A DNA stretch of 64,000 bases, taken from positions 29,532 to 93,531 of the forward strand of contig JBFLXM010000049.1 in assembly GCA_040757175.1 (NCBI GenBank), written 5' to 3'. Under the pieces are notes generated by a model, which was given only the letters and a program-made list of their open reading frames with translations, did not search any database and was not told the origin of the DNA. Source of the stretch: Thermodesulfobacteriota bacterium (GTDB lineage: Bacteria; Desulfobacterota; Desulfobaccia; Desulfobaccales; 0-14-0-80-60-11). Below are positions 57,599 to 64,000 of this stretch, one piece after another; positions within the stretch are counted from its first letter, which is position 1; each line of letters begins with the position of its first letter. The position numbers were made by a program, and so were the translations under genes.

Positions 57599-57658
57599 GT
57601 AGGGGCGAACCTTGTGTTCGCCCCGATGCTGCCGGGCGAACACAAGGTTTGCCCCTAC
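57599..57658. repeat. REP-like double hairpin GTAGGGGCGAACCTTGTGTTCGCCC-N10-GGGCGAACACAAGGTTTGCCCCTAC
   Basis: The two 25-nt arms are complementary with one mismatch. Each arm is itself a GGCGAAC...GTTCGCC hairpin. Confidence 0.85.
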
Positions 57659-57661
57659 GAA

Positions 57662-57692
57662 GGCTGACCGCTGGTAGCTGAAAGCTGACAGT
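57662..57692. repeat. Period-7 array GGCTGAC CGCTGGT AGCTGAA AGCTGAC AG, ending GTTTTAA
   Basis: Direct reading. Inverted relative to 57497-57531. Followed by a GGAGG RBS and GTG 57720. Confidence 0.85.
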
Positions 57693-57719
57693 TTTAATTA
57701 ATGCTGGAGGACTGATTCA

Positions 57720-58436
57720 GTGCCGAAGTTAGAAGTCAACGTCGATCACGTGGCCACGCTCCGCCAGGCCCGGCTGGGTGCGGAGCCCGATCCGGTAACC
57801 GCCGCGGCCCTGGCGGAGCTGGCCGGCGCCGACGGCATCATTGTCCACCTCCGGGAAGACCGCCGTCACATCCAGGACCGGGATCTGCAACTGTTGCGGC
57901 AGACGGTGAAGACCCGCCTCAATTTGGAGATGGCCGCCACCGAGGAAATGTTGCATATCGCCAGGGAAGTGAAGCCGGATCTGGTGACCCTGGTGCCGGA
58001 GAAACGCCAGGAGCTCACCACCGAAGGGGGCCTGGAAGTAGCTGGTTTTATCGGCTTCCTCCGGGACTATGTACAAAAACTCCGGGAAGGGGGCTTGCAG
58101 GTGAGCCTCTTCGTGGACCCGGTCCCCAAGCAGTTGGACGCGGCCCTGGAGGCGGGGGCCCAATGGGTGGAGCTGCACACCGGCGCTTATGCGGAGGCCC
58201 CGTCCGCCAAAGAGGCCCAGCGCCTTTTTGAAGAGCTTCTGAGCGCGGCCCGCCATGCCCGGAGCGCGGGCCTGCGGGTCAAATGCGGCCACGGCCTGAA
58301 CTATACCAACATCAAGCCTTTCCGGGGGCGGCCGGAGTTCGAGGAGTTCTCCATCGGCCACAGCATCATGGCCCGGGCCATCCTGGTGGGCATGGAACGC
58401 GCGGTCCGGGAGATGATCGCCTTAATCAGGGGTTAG
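57720..58436 (+). CDS. pdxJ: Pyridoxine 5'-phosphate synthase PdxJ
   Basis: [29 protein letters not shown] motifs. GTG start with a GGAGG RBS. Confidence 0.9.
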   Translation: MPKLEVNVDHVATLRQARLGAEPDPVTAAALAELAGADGIIVHLREDRRHIQDRDLQLLRQTVKTRLNLEMAATEEMLHIAREVKPDLVTLVPEKRQELTTEGGLEVAGFIGFLRDYVQKLREGGLQVSLFVDPVPKQLDAALEAGAQWVELHTGAYAEAPSAKEAQRLFEELLSAARHARSAGLRVKCGHGLNYTNIKPFRGRPEFEEFSIGHSIMARAILVGMERAVREMIALIRG

Positions 58437-58467
58437 GGGGCAGGGGCCAGGGGTCAGGAATTAGGGG
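58425..58467. repeat. Period-7 array TCAGGGG TTAGGGG GCAGGGG CCAGGGG TCAGGAA TTAGGGG, ending TTTAAAG
   Basis: Direct reading. The first two units overlap the pdxJ 3' end. Confidence 0.85.
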
Positions 58468-58533
58468 TTTAAAGTGTCATTCTGAACAGTTCCTCATGGG
58501 GGAGTGGCCCACCCCAAAGCATAAAAAGTGAAC

Positions 58534-58559
58534 GTAGGGGCGGGCGTCCCCGCCCGCCC
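58534..58559. repeat. REP-like hairpin GTAGGGGCGGGCG-TCC-CCGCCCGCCC
   Basis: GTAGGGGCG head and a complementary arm. Sits within a run of at least 8 unrelated hairpins (58470-58870). Confidence 0.65.
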
Positions 58560-58911
58560 AGCCCGCACAGGCTGGAAAGCCTGTGACACTGCTCGGAACT
58601 TTTGGGGACGGAACGCAGTGGAGTGAATAATCTCATTCCCACTTGGTAGCCGTAGGCTTCAGCCTGCGTTTTGGCTCCCTAAAAGGGATGTGGTGCGAGA
58701 AAGGCGAAGCCGGGAGCTTCGCCGCCAACGGCGTTCCCAAGCCAAGCTTGGGAACGAGTATAGAAAGTCCCCCTTTGAAAAAGGGGGATTTAGGGGGATT
58801 TGGAGGCGCCCGTGAAATCCCCCCTGCCCTCCTTTTAAAAAGGGGGGTAAGAATCTGAAATTTCAGGGGGTTATAAAAAATGCCCCCAATGAGGCACAAT
58901 CTGGATAGAAG

Positions 58912-59466
58912 ATGGTAACTGAACAAAACACCACCCAAAACACAACTCCTGGACGTCCGGACCGGGAGAAGATGAAATCTCTCTCCCTGGGCATGGTTAG
59001 CGATATCAGCCGGCTGTTGGCGGACAAAGGCTTTGGGGACCGGGCCATCGACATCGTGGAGGCCCTGGTTTTCGCCATGTATCTCATCGCCGACACCTAT
59101 TCCCTGGCCAAGCCGGAAAAGGACCGGGCCATCGAAGTGATCCACGCCTTTTATAATGATATGCAGGACCACTTTATCAACCAGATCATCATCAAAGACC
59201 ATCGCCTGGCGGATGCCGCGGAAATCCAGGCGGTGGCCGCCAAATTTCACGATCTCAGCCGGGGCCGCTTTCACGCCTACGGCGCCAAATTCAAAGAGGA
59301 TATCGCCGACCCCCTGTCCCTGTCCTGCCCGCTGACGGTGAGCTATCTGCTGGATAACCTGTTTATTGAGCCGCTGGCCCAGGAAGAGAAGATTAAATTG
59401 GTGGGCGCAGTGTCGGATAAAGTTCTTTATTATTGGTCCGGCTGCGCCCAGCATTTTAAATGCTAA
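58912..59466 (+). CDS. Hypothetical protein (184 aa)
   Basis: ORF with coding-like codon use. No family recognised. ATG 58972 is an alternative start. Confidence 0.5.
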   Translation: MVTEQNTTQNTTPGRPDREKMKSLSLGMVSDISRLLADKGFGDRAIDIVEALVFAMYLIADTYSLAKPEKDRAIEVIHAFYNDMQDHFINQIIIKDHRLADAAEIQAVAAKFHDLSRGRFHAYGAKFKEDIADPLSLSCPLTVSYLLDNLFIEPLAQEEKIKLVGAVSDKVLYYWSGCAQHFKC

Positions 59467-59509
59467 CTTCATCGTTCCCAAACCGGGATTCGGGAACGAA
59501 AGGATTAAG

Positions 59510-60373
59510 ATGAACCTCATCGACCTCCACACCCACTCCACCGCCTCCGACGGCTCCTTGCGTCCCGGGGAGGTGGTGCGCCTGGCCAAGGAGGCGGGTC
59601 TTAAGGCCCTGGCCCTCACCGACCACGACACCACGGACGGCCTGGCCGAGGCCATGGCCGCAGGGGAAAAATTAGGGGTGGAGGTCATCCCCGGGGTGGA
59701 GATCAGCGCCCAGTTCACCGATGACACCATGCACATCCTGGGGTATTTCATCGATTTTGCCAGCGGCAAACTGGCGGAGCGCCTGGAGGTGCTGAAACAG
59801 GCCCGGAAGGAGAGGAATCCCAAGATTGTGGCCAAGCTGAACGCCCTGGGCCTCCCCATCACCATGGAGCAGGTGGAGCGGCTCTCCGGCGGCGGCCAGG
59901 TGGGCCGCCCCCATATCGCCCGGGCCCTCCTGGAGTCGGGCTACGTCGGCACCATGCAGCAGGCCTTTGATATTTATCTAAAAAACGGCGGCAAGGCTTA
60001 CGTGGAAAAGTACCGCTTTCCCCCCAAGGAGGCCCTGGACATGATCCGGGAGGCCGGGGGGGTCCCGGTCCTGGCCCATCCCTTCACCCTGGAAATGGGT
60101 TCCGCCGCCGCCCTGAAAGAAGTGCTCCTGGACCTGCAGGCCAAGGGTCTGGCCGGGATCGAGATTTTTTACGCGGACCACAGCCCGGAGCAGGAAGCCA
60201 TGTACCTCAAACTGGCCCGGGAACTGGGCCTGCTGATCACCGGCGGCTCCGATTTCCACGGCCTCAACAAACCGGAAATCACCCTGGGGAACATCCGCTC
60301 CCGGAACCGCCTCACTTACGACCTGGTCACCGCGCTGAAAGCCTGGCGGCAGAAGGAATATGGGTTGGGTTGA
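59510..60373 (+). CDS. PHP-domain metal-dependent phosphoesterase (TrpH/YciV-like)
   Basis: MNLIDLHTHSTASDGS, ALTDHDT, GGSDFHG motifs. Start inside track ORF 59366..60373. Confidence 0.85.
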   Translation: MNLIDLHTHSTASDGSLRPGEVVRLAKEAGLKALALTDHDTTDGLAEAMAAGEKLGVEVIPGVEISAQFTDDTMHILGYFIDFASGKLAERLEVLKQARKERNPKIVAKLNALGLPITMEQVERLSGGGQVGRPHIARALLESGYVGTMQQAFDIYLKNGGKAYVEKYRFPPKEALDMIREAGGVPVLAHPFTLEMGSAAALKEVLLDLQAKGLAGIEIFYADHSPEQEAMYLKLARELGLLITGGSDFHGLNKPEITLGNIRSRNRLTYDLVTALKAWRQKEYGLG

Positions 60374-60394
60374 TAATTTTTGGGGGAGGGGGCT

Positions 60395-60423
60395 GTAGGG
60401 GCGGGTTTAAAACCCGCCCCTAC
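60395..60423. repeat. Perfect 29-bp REP palindrome GTAGGGGCGGGTTTAAAACCCGCCCCTAC between convergent genes
   Basis: Direct reading. Likely also a bidirectional terminator hairpin. Confidence 0.85.
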
Positions 60424-60442
60424 GCTTCCTGGCCCTCGTATC

Positions 60443-61732
60443 TTAATGTTTGAAGGCTCTTTGCCCCGTGAAAACCATAGCCACCGCGGGCTCCGCTTCG
60501 TTGCAGGCCTCGATGACCTCGTAGTCCCTCACTGACCCCCCCGCGTGGGCGATGGCACTGACGCCCTCCCGGATGCCCACGTCCACCCCGTCACGGAAGG
60601 GGAAGAAGGCGTCGGAGATCATGGCCGCGCCGATGAGGCCCCCTTTGGCCTCCCGGGTGGCCAGGTCGATTTCCACTTTGTCGGACGCGTCCCGCTTGGC
60701 CTGGAGGATCTCCAGTTCCAGGTTTTTATAAGGCATGCCGAAGCGCTGGAAGCAGAGGGCGTCCGCGTACTTGGTATAAGCCTTATAGATGGCGATTTCC
60801 GCTACCCCCACCCGGTCCTGCTCCCCGGTGCCGATGCCCACGGTGACCCCGTCCTTGACGTAGAGAACAGAGTTGGAGGTCACCCCCTGCTCCACCCACC
60901 AGCCGAAGAGGAGGTCTTCGTATTCACGCTCCGTGGGTTCCCGGCGGCAGCGGTATTCCTGGCCCTGGTGGGTAGCCGCCGCGGGTTTGAAGTCTTCTTT
61001 CTTGAGGATGGCGTTCAGGGGTGACTGTTGCACGATGAGGCCGCCGTCGCTGAGGCTTTTGAATTCCACGAAGCGGTTGTGCACCAAGTGCTGCAGGCGG
61101 TCGAAGCGGGCGATGCGGATGATGCGCAGGTCCTTGGCCTTTTTCAGGATATCCAGGGTGCCGGCTTCGAAATCCGGCGCGGCCACCACCTCCAGGTAGT
61201 TCTGGGACACCAGTTCCGCGGTGGCCTTATCCAAGGCCCGGTTAAACACCGCGGCCCCGCCGAACGCGGCGATGCGGTCCGCCATGTTGGCCTTATCGTA
61301 GGCCGCGGCCAGGCTGTCGGCCCAGGCCGCGCCGCAGGGGTTGTTGTGTTTCAGGATCACGGCCGCGGGCTTCTTTTGCAGAAATTTGATGATATTCAGG
61401 CCGTTGTCCACGTCCGTGAGGTTGGTTTTGCCGGGGTGCTTGCCGGCCTGGACCATGGCCGCTTCGTCGATGGCGCTGGTCAGGGCCCAGCCGGGCTCCA
61501 GGAAATGACAGGCGCCCAGTGTGAGGTTCCCTCCTACCAACTCATAAAGGGCCGCCTCCTGGCCCGGGTTCTCCCCGTACCTGAGGCCCATCTCGATGAC
61601 TTCGCCCTTGGAGTCGGGGAGCTTCCAGGTGCGTTTGCGGTAGACGAGCTTCTGGTCTCCGAAAGTGATGGTCATTTCCGGAGGGAAATGGTCCGCCATC
61701 ACGGTGCGGTACATGGCCTTGATGTCGCTCAT
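60443..61732 (-). CDS. AICAR-formyltransferase-type PurH-like protein lacking the N-terminal MGS/IMP-cyclohydrolase domain
   Basis: LRYGENPGQ, KHNNPCGAA and AFFPFRDG motifs of the AICARFT domain. Only about 45 aa precede the first motif. Confidence 0.75.
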   Translation of the reverse strand: MSDIKAMYRTVMADHFPPEMTITFGDQKLVYRKRTWKLPDSKGEVIEMGLRYGENPGQEAALYELVGGNLTLGACHFLEPGWALTSAIDEAAMVQAGKHPGKTNLTDVDNGLNIIKFLQKKPAAVILKHNNPCGAAWADSLAAAYDKANMADRIAAFGGAAVFNRALDKATAELVSQNYLEVVAAPDFEAGTLDILKKAKDLRIIRIARFDRLQHLVHNRFVEFKSLSDGGLIVQQSPLNAILKKEDFKPAAATHQGQEYRCRREPTEREYEDLLFGWWVEQGVTSNSVLYVKDGVTVGIGTGEQDRVGVAEIAIYKAYTKYADALCFQRFGMPYKNLELEILQAKRDASDKVEIDLATREAKGGLIGAAMISDAFFPFRDGVDVGIREGVSAIAHAGGSVRDYEVIEACNEAEPAVAMVFTGQRAFKH

Positions 61733-61816
61733 GGGGTTCTCCTCGGCAGTAATTGAGCCTCCATTGTGGCACGACCGCCCGGGGATGACAAGGCCCTTTC
61801 CGGGGGGTAGGCAAAA

Positions 61817-61845
61817 TTGACAGTGACCACAGCAAATGCTAATAT
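61817..61845 (+). promoter_or_regulatory. Near-consensus sigma70-type promoter TTGACA-17-TAATAT
   Basis: Exact -35 consensus, 17-nt spacer, 5/6 match at -10. About 68 nt upstream of ATG 61913. Confidence 0.5.
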
Positions 61846-61873
61846 TTTAGGTATATTTGGGTATAAAGCTATT

Positions 61874-61908
61874 ACCGAAAACCGCAAACAGAAAACCGAA
61901 AACCGTCT
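61874..61908. repeat. Period-7 array ACCGAAA ACCGCAA ACAGAAA ACCGAAA ACCGTCT, ending GTCTTTAA directly before ATG 61913
   Basis: Direct reading. Lies between the candidate promoter and the start codon. Confidence 0.9.
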
Positions 61909-61912
61909 TTAA

Positions 61913-62149
61913 ATGGAGATCAAACCCCTGGATTTCTTTCTGGGATTGACCTTGGGGGGCGCCCTGGGAGTGGGCCTGACCCTGGGGGTCATCAAGGTGC
62001 GGGGCTGGCTGGGCCGCTCCGAAGCCGGCCGCCTGCTGTCCGAAAACCGCACCCTGAAACGCCGCCTGGCGGAAAAGGACCGGCACATCGGCAAGATGCT
62101 GTCGGAAACGGAACGATTGGCGGAAAAGCTGGGACAAGAAAAGACTTAA
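61913..62149 (+). CDS. Small membrane-anchored coiled-coil protein (78 aa)
   Basis: N-terminal Gly-rich TM (FFLGLTLGGALGVGLTLGVI) plus a basic coiled coil. No SD. No family recognised. Confidence 0.45.
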   Translation: MEIKPLDFFLGLTLGGALGVGLTLGVIKVRGWLGRSEAGRLLSENRTLKRRLAEKDRHIGKMLSETERLAEKLGQEKT

Positions 62150-62265
62150 CCACAGAGACACGGAGGACACAGAGATTCACAGAGAATCTTTTTATTTATG
62201 CGGGTTCCCCACCAAAATAAAAAAGCTTCTCTCTGTGAAACTCTGTGCTCTCTGTGCCTCTGTGG
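62150..62265. repeat. Large imperfect inverted repeat of CACAGAG-type units flanking an inner A/T hairpin
   Basis: CCACAGAGACACGGAGGACACAGAGATTCACAGAGAA ... TTCTCTCTGTGAAACTCTGTGCTCTCTGTGCCTCTGTGG. Inner element TTTTTATTT...AAATAAAAA. Confidence 0.8.
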
Positions 62266-62286
62266 TAAGGTACTTAAGGAGGAATT

Positions 62287-62610
62287 ATGGCCAGAAAAGA
62301 ACTCTCCCTCACCGGCGCCTTGGCGGGGGGTATGGCCGGCTGGGTGGCGGAAGTGGCCATTCAGGAAGTCACCGGCCATCACATCACCACCGGGGTCCTG
62401 GAACTTTTGGGCGCGGCCGCGGGCCTCTGGCGCCTGGACCGGCGTTTGGGCGATGCTTTTAGGGACACCCTGGAACGGGCCCGGGATGACCGGGACGATG
62501 ACTACCGCCAGGTGAAGGCCCGCATTGCCGAACTGACCCAGGACCTGCCGGAACTCCGGGAGATCCTGTCCAACATGGTGGACGCGGGCATCCAGGCGCA
62601 AAAGGCTTAA
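62287..62610 (+). CDS. Hypothetical protein (107 aa), Gly/Ala-rich N-terminus and acidic helical C-terminus
   Basis: Strong RBS TAAGGAGG 5 nt upstream. No family recognised. Confidence 0.55.
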   Translation: MARKELSLTGALAGGMAGWVAEVAIQEVTGHHITTGVLELLGAAAGLWRLDRRLGDAFRDTLERARDDRDDDYRQVKARIAELTQDLPELREILSNMVDAGIQAQKA

Positions 62611-62612
62611 AG

Positions 62613-62990
62613 ATGCTGGGAGTGAACCTGCTGGTGCGGGCCGGGCGCAGCCTGCTGGCCGGGCCGGTGGCGGACGCGGGCTGGCTGCCCGCCAAGTACT
62701 ACCGCCACCTGGTCCTGGAGGCCCTGGAGGAGGACGATTTTCCCGGGGCCTTGCATTATCTCCGCTGGACCGATGAGCCCTTGCTGGCCCAACTTCTCAT
62801 CCTCCGGTTGCGCCTCCTGGCCCGGGGGCACCAGCAGCAGCGGGAGACTTTGGAGGGTCTGATGGCCAACGGCCTCCCGGCGGAGCGCCGGGAGAACTGC
62901 CGGGCACTGCTGGAGAAGCAGGAACAAGCCCTGGCACTGCTGAGAGAATATGAGAACCAGGCTCTGCGGTCTGTTAAAAAGGAAACTTGA
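62613..62990 (+). CDS. Hypothetical helical protein (125 aa)
   Basis: Starts 2 nt after the previous stop. L/R/E-rich helical repeats. No family recognised. Confidence 0.5.
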   Translation: MLGVNLLVRAGRSLLAGPVADAGWLPAKYYRHLVLEALEEDDFPGALHYLRWTDEPLLAQLLILRLRLLARGHQQQRETLEGLMANGLPAERRENCRALLEKQEQALALLREYENQALRSVKKET

Positions 62991-63000
62991 GATAGGAGCC

Positions 63001-63104
63001 GAGGGGAAGGGGTTAAAAGGTTAAAAGGGGAAGGGGGTAAGAGGCGTTCTGGGATCATTTCCCTCTTCCCCTCTTTCCCTCTTCCCCTTTTCCCCTTTTT
63101 CCCC
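63001..63104. repeat. 43-nt purine-rich tract, 17-nt spacer, then a 44-nt pure pyrimidine tract (long imperfect hairpin, H-DNA-prone)
   Basis: GAGGGGAAGGGGTTAAAAGGTTAAAAGGGGAAGGGGGTAAGAGG ... CCCTCTTCCCCTCTTTCCCTCTTCCCCTTTTCCCCTTTTTCCCC. Confidence 0.85.
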
Positions 63105-63140
63105 AATTCAACGATCTTTCCTTCGCAATTCCTTCAAGAT

Positions 63141-63590
63141 ATGGACATGGATCATAAATACATGGGCGAGGCCCTGGACGCGGCCCGGAAGGGCCTGGCC
63201 GCGGGGGAGGTGCCCGTGGGCGCGGTGCTGGTGGCGGAGGGAGAGGTCCTGGCCCGGGCCTATAACCGTCCCATCGGCCTGAGCGACCCCACGGCCCACG
63301 CCGAGGTCCTGGCGCTGAGAAACGCCGCGGCCCGCCTGGGGAATTACCGGTTGCCCGGCACCACGATTTATGTTACCATCGAACCCTGTATCATGTGCGT
63401 GGGGGCCTTGATTCAGGCCCGGGTGGCCCGTCTGGTCTTCGGCGCTCCCGACCCCAAGGGGGGGGCCTGCGTCTCCCTGTACCGCCTCCCGGAAGACCCC
63501 CGCCTCAACCACCGCCTGGAGGTAACGGGCGGCGTCCGGGAAGAGGAATGCCGGGAACTGCTGCAAGAGTTTTTTAAGGCTAAAAGATGA
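63141..63590 (+). CDS. tadA: tRNA adenosine(34) deaminase TadA
   Basis: HAEVLALR and PCIMCVGAL zinc-binding motifs, 149 aa. Confidence 0.9.
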   Translation: MDMDHKYMGEALDAARKGLAAGEVPVGAVLVAEGEVLARAYNRPIGLSDPTAHAEVLALRNAAARLGNYRLPGTTIYVTIEPCIMCVGALIQARVARLVFGAPDPKGGACVSLYRLPEDPRLNHRLEVTGGVREEECRELLQEFFKAKR

Positions 63591-63600
63591 GCATTTAGGG

Positions 63601-63622
63601 GTGGCGTACCGCCGCTCTTTTT
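63601..63622 (+). terminator. Short hairpin terminator candidate
   Basis: GTGGCG-TAC-CGCCGC (includes one G-U pair) followed by TCTTTTT. Confidence 0.4.
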
Positions 63623-63645
63623 GAGGTCGGGGAAACCCCATCCTT

Positions 63646-63680
63646 ACGGAAAACAGAAAACAGAAAACGGAAAACAGTCT
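63646..63680. repeat. Period-7 array ACGGAAA ACAGAAA ACAGAAA ACGGAAA ACAGTCT, ending GTCTTTAA directly before the tRNA-Ser 5' end
   Basis: Direct reading. Same unit family and same terminal box as 61874-61912. Confidence 0.9.
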
Positions 63681-63684
63681 TTAA

Positions 63685-63778
63685 GGAGGGGTACCGAAGA
63701 GGCCGTAACGGGGTCGACTCGAAATCGACTTGGGGGCTAATCACTCCCACGTGGGTTCGAATCCCACCCCCTCCGCCA
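63685..63778 (+). tRNA. tRNA-Ser (anticodon CGA)
   Basis: GGAGGGG-TA-CCG...CGG-G-GTCGA-CTCGAAA-TCGAC, a long variable arm, GTGGG-TTCGAAT-CCCAC-CCCCTCC-G-CCA. Confidence 0.9.
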
Positions 63779-64000
63779 TTTAATTAGTTAAAATTATTGG
63801 ATAAACAATTAAGAGATCGAGCAAAAAGTATAGCCCCAGAGTAGCCCTCAGAACGGAGAGTGAACCATCAGTGACAAGGTTCCCAAGTCTCACCTATCTA
63901 AGGTTTAGAATTTTGAATTCGCCCTGGTCCCCTAGGAGCCTTCCTAAGAAGTGTCCCTAATCTGTCCCCAGAACTATCTGGTTAGTACAATCCGTTTTCT

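Noticed and set aside
58633-59865. 410-aa minus-strand ORF spanning the hairpin-rich spacer, the 58912 ORF and the start of the PHP gene
   Set aside because: It is low-complexity. It runs antisense to two better-supported plus-strand genes and runs through REP hairpins. This is a typical shadow ORF in GC-rich DNA. The same reasoning applies to 6437..7801, 19070..20176, 21905..23725, 37068..38084, 50714..51658, 51331..52794, 53749..54867 and 56075..57361.
61733-61800. ZTP (pfl) riboswitch upstream of the minus-strand PurH-like gene, suggested by a GGTCGTG block
   Set aside because: The second conserved sub-domain (CCGCCUGGGC-type pseudoknot partner) is absent on the minus strand. The CCGCCCGGGG match lies on the wrong strand. 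A covariance-model search (Rfam RF01750) would settle it.

Overview
GC-rich chromosomal window from a diderm bacterium. An anaerobic, Desulfobacterota-like lineage is inferred only from gene content: LpxI/LpxA/LpxD/FabZ/Skp/BamA/Lol cluster, octahaem cytochrome, LarB, GEMM-I riboswitch and GTAGGGGCG-type REP hairpins.

Layout, left to right:
- 1-430: AT-richer edge ending in a 3' fragment of a tRNA-Leu(CAA), a possible island boundary.
- 0.5-4.7 kb: hydrolase, 5'-nucleotidase and two convergent DUF4337 paralogues.
- 5-15 kb: a dense two-component cluster. It holds a 1654-aa REC/PAS/GAF sensor kinase, a REC-only regulator, a REC-PAS-HisKA_3 kinase, a NarL-type regulator, a low-GC REC-only paralogue and a kinase whose receiver looks degenerate. 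A conserved 31-bp heptamer operator occurs twice here.
- 15-23.6 kb, minus strand: arylsulfatase, MBL-type alkylsulfatase, a DUF1254/DUF1214 protein and an octahaem cytochrome c with HEAT/TPR repeats.
- 23.9-28.3 kb: P2-type ATPase, a YHS-fused flavoprotein lacking the CxxC, and DUF1622.
- 28.4 kb: tRNA-Pro(GGG).
- 29-38 kb: mixed housekeeping genes (M48 protease, GGDEF, MinD/FlhG-like, LarB, glycosyltransferase, HAD, thioredoxin-like, PBP5-like).
- 38.5-40.7 kb: a c-di-GMP-I riboswitch with a terminator, followed by an isolated TadE/TadG-like pair.
- 40.8-42.3 kb: MgtC and HigBA.
- 42.4-52.8 kb, minus strand: a long envelope-biogenesis run (lpxI-lpxA-fabZ-lpxD-skp-bamA-lolD-X-lolCE-lysS).
- 53.2-57.5 kb: yjbQ-phoH-HD-ybeY.
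- Then pdxJ, a PHP phosphoesterase, an AICARFT-type PurH-like gene, three small unknown ORFs, tadA and tRNA-Ser(CGA).

The least conventional signal is non-coding. Many intergenic spacers hold short period-7 tandem arrays (STRR-like), often paired with GTAGGGGCG...CGCCCCTAC hairpins.

No CRISPR array, intact transposase, integrase or recognisable defence island was seen. Many long ORFs in the track are antisense shadows of real genes in GC-rich DNA and are not reported. Coordinates of non-ORF features were counted by hand. They may be off by 1-2 nt, especially near 49.98-50.3 kb, where my count and the ORF track disagree by 1 nt.
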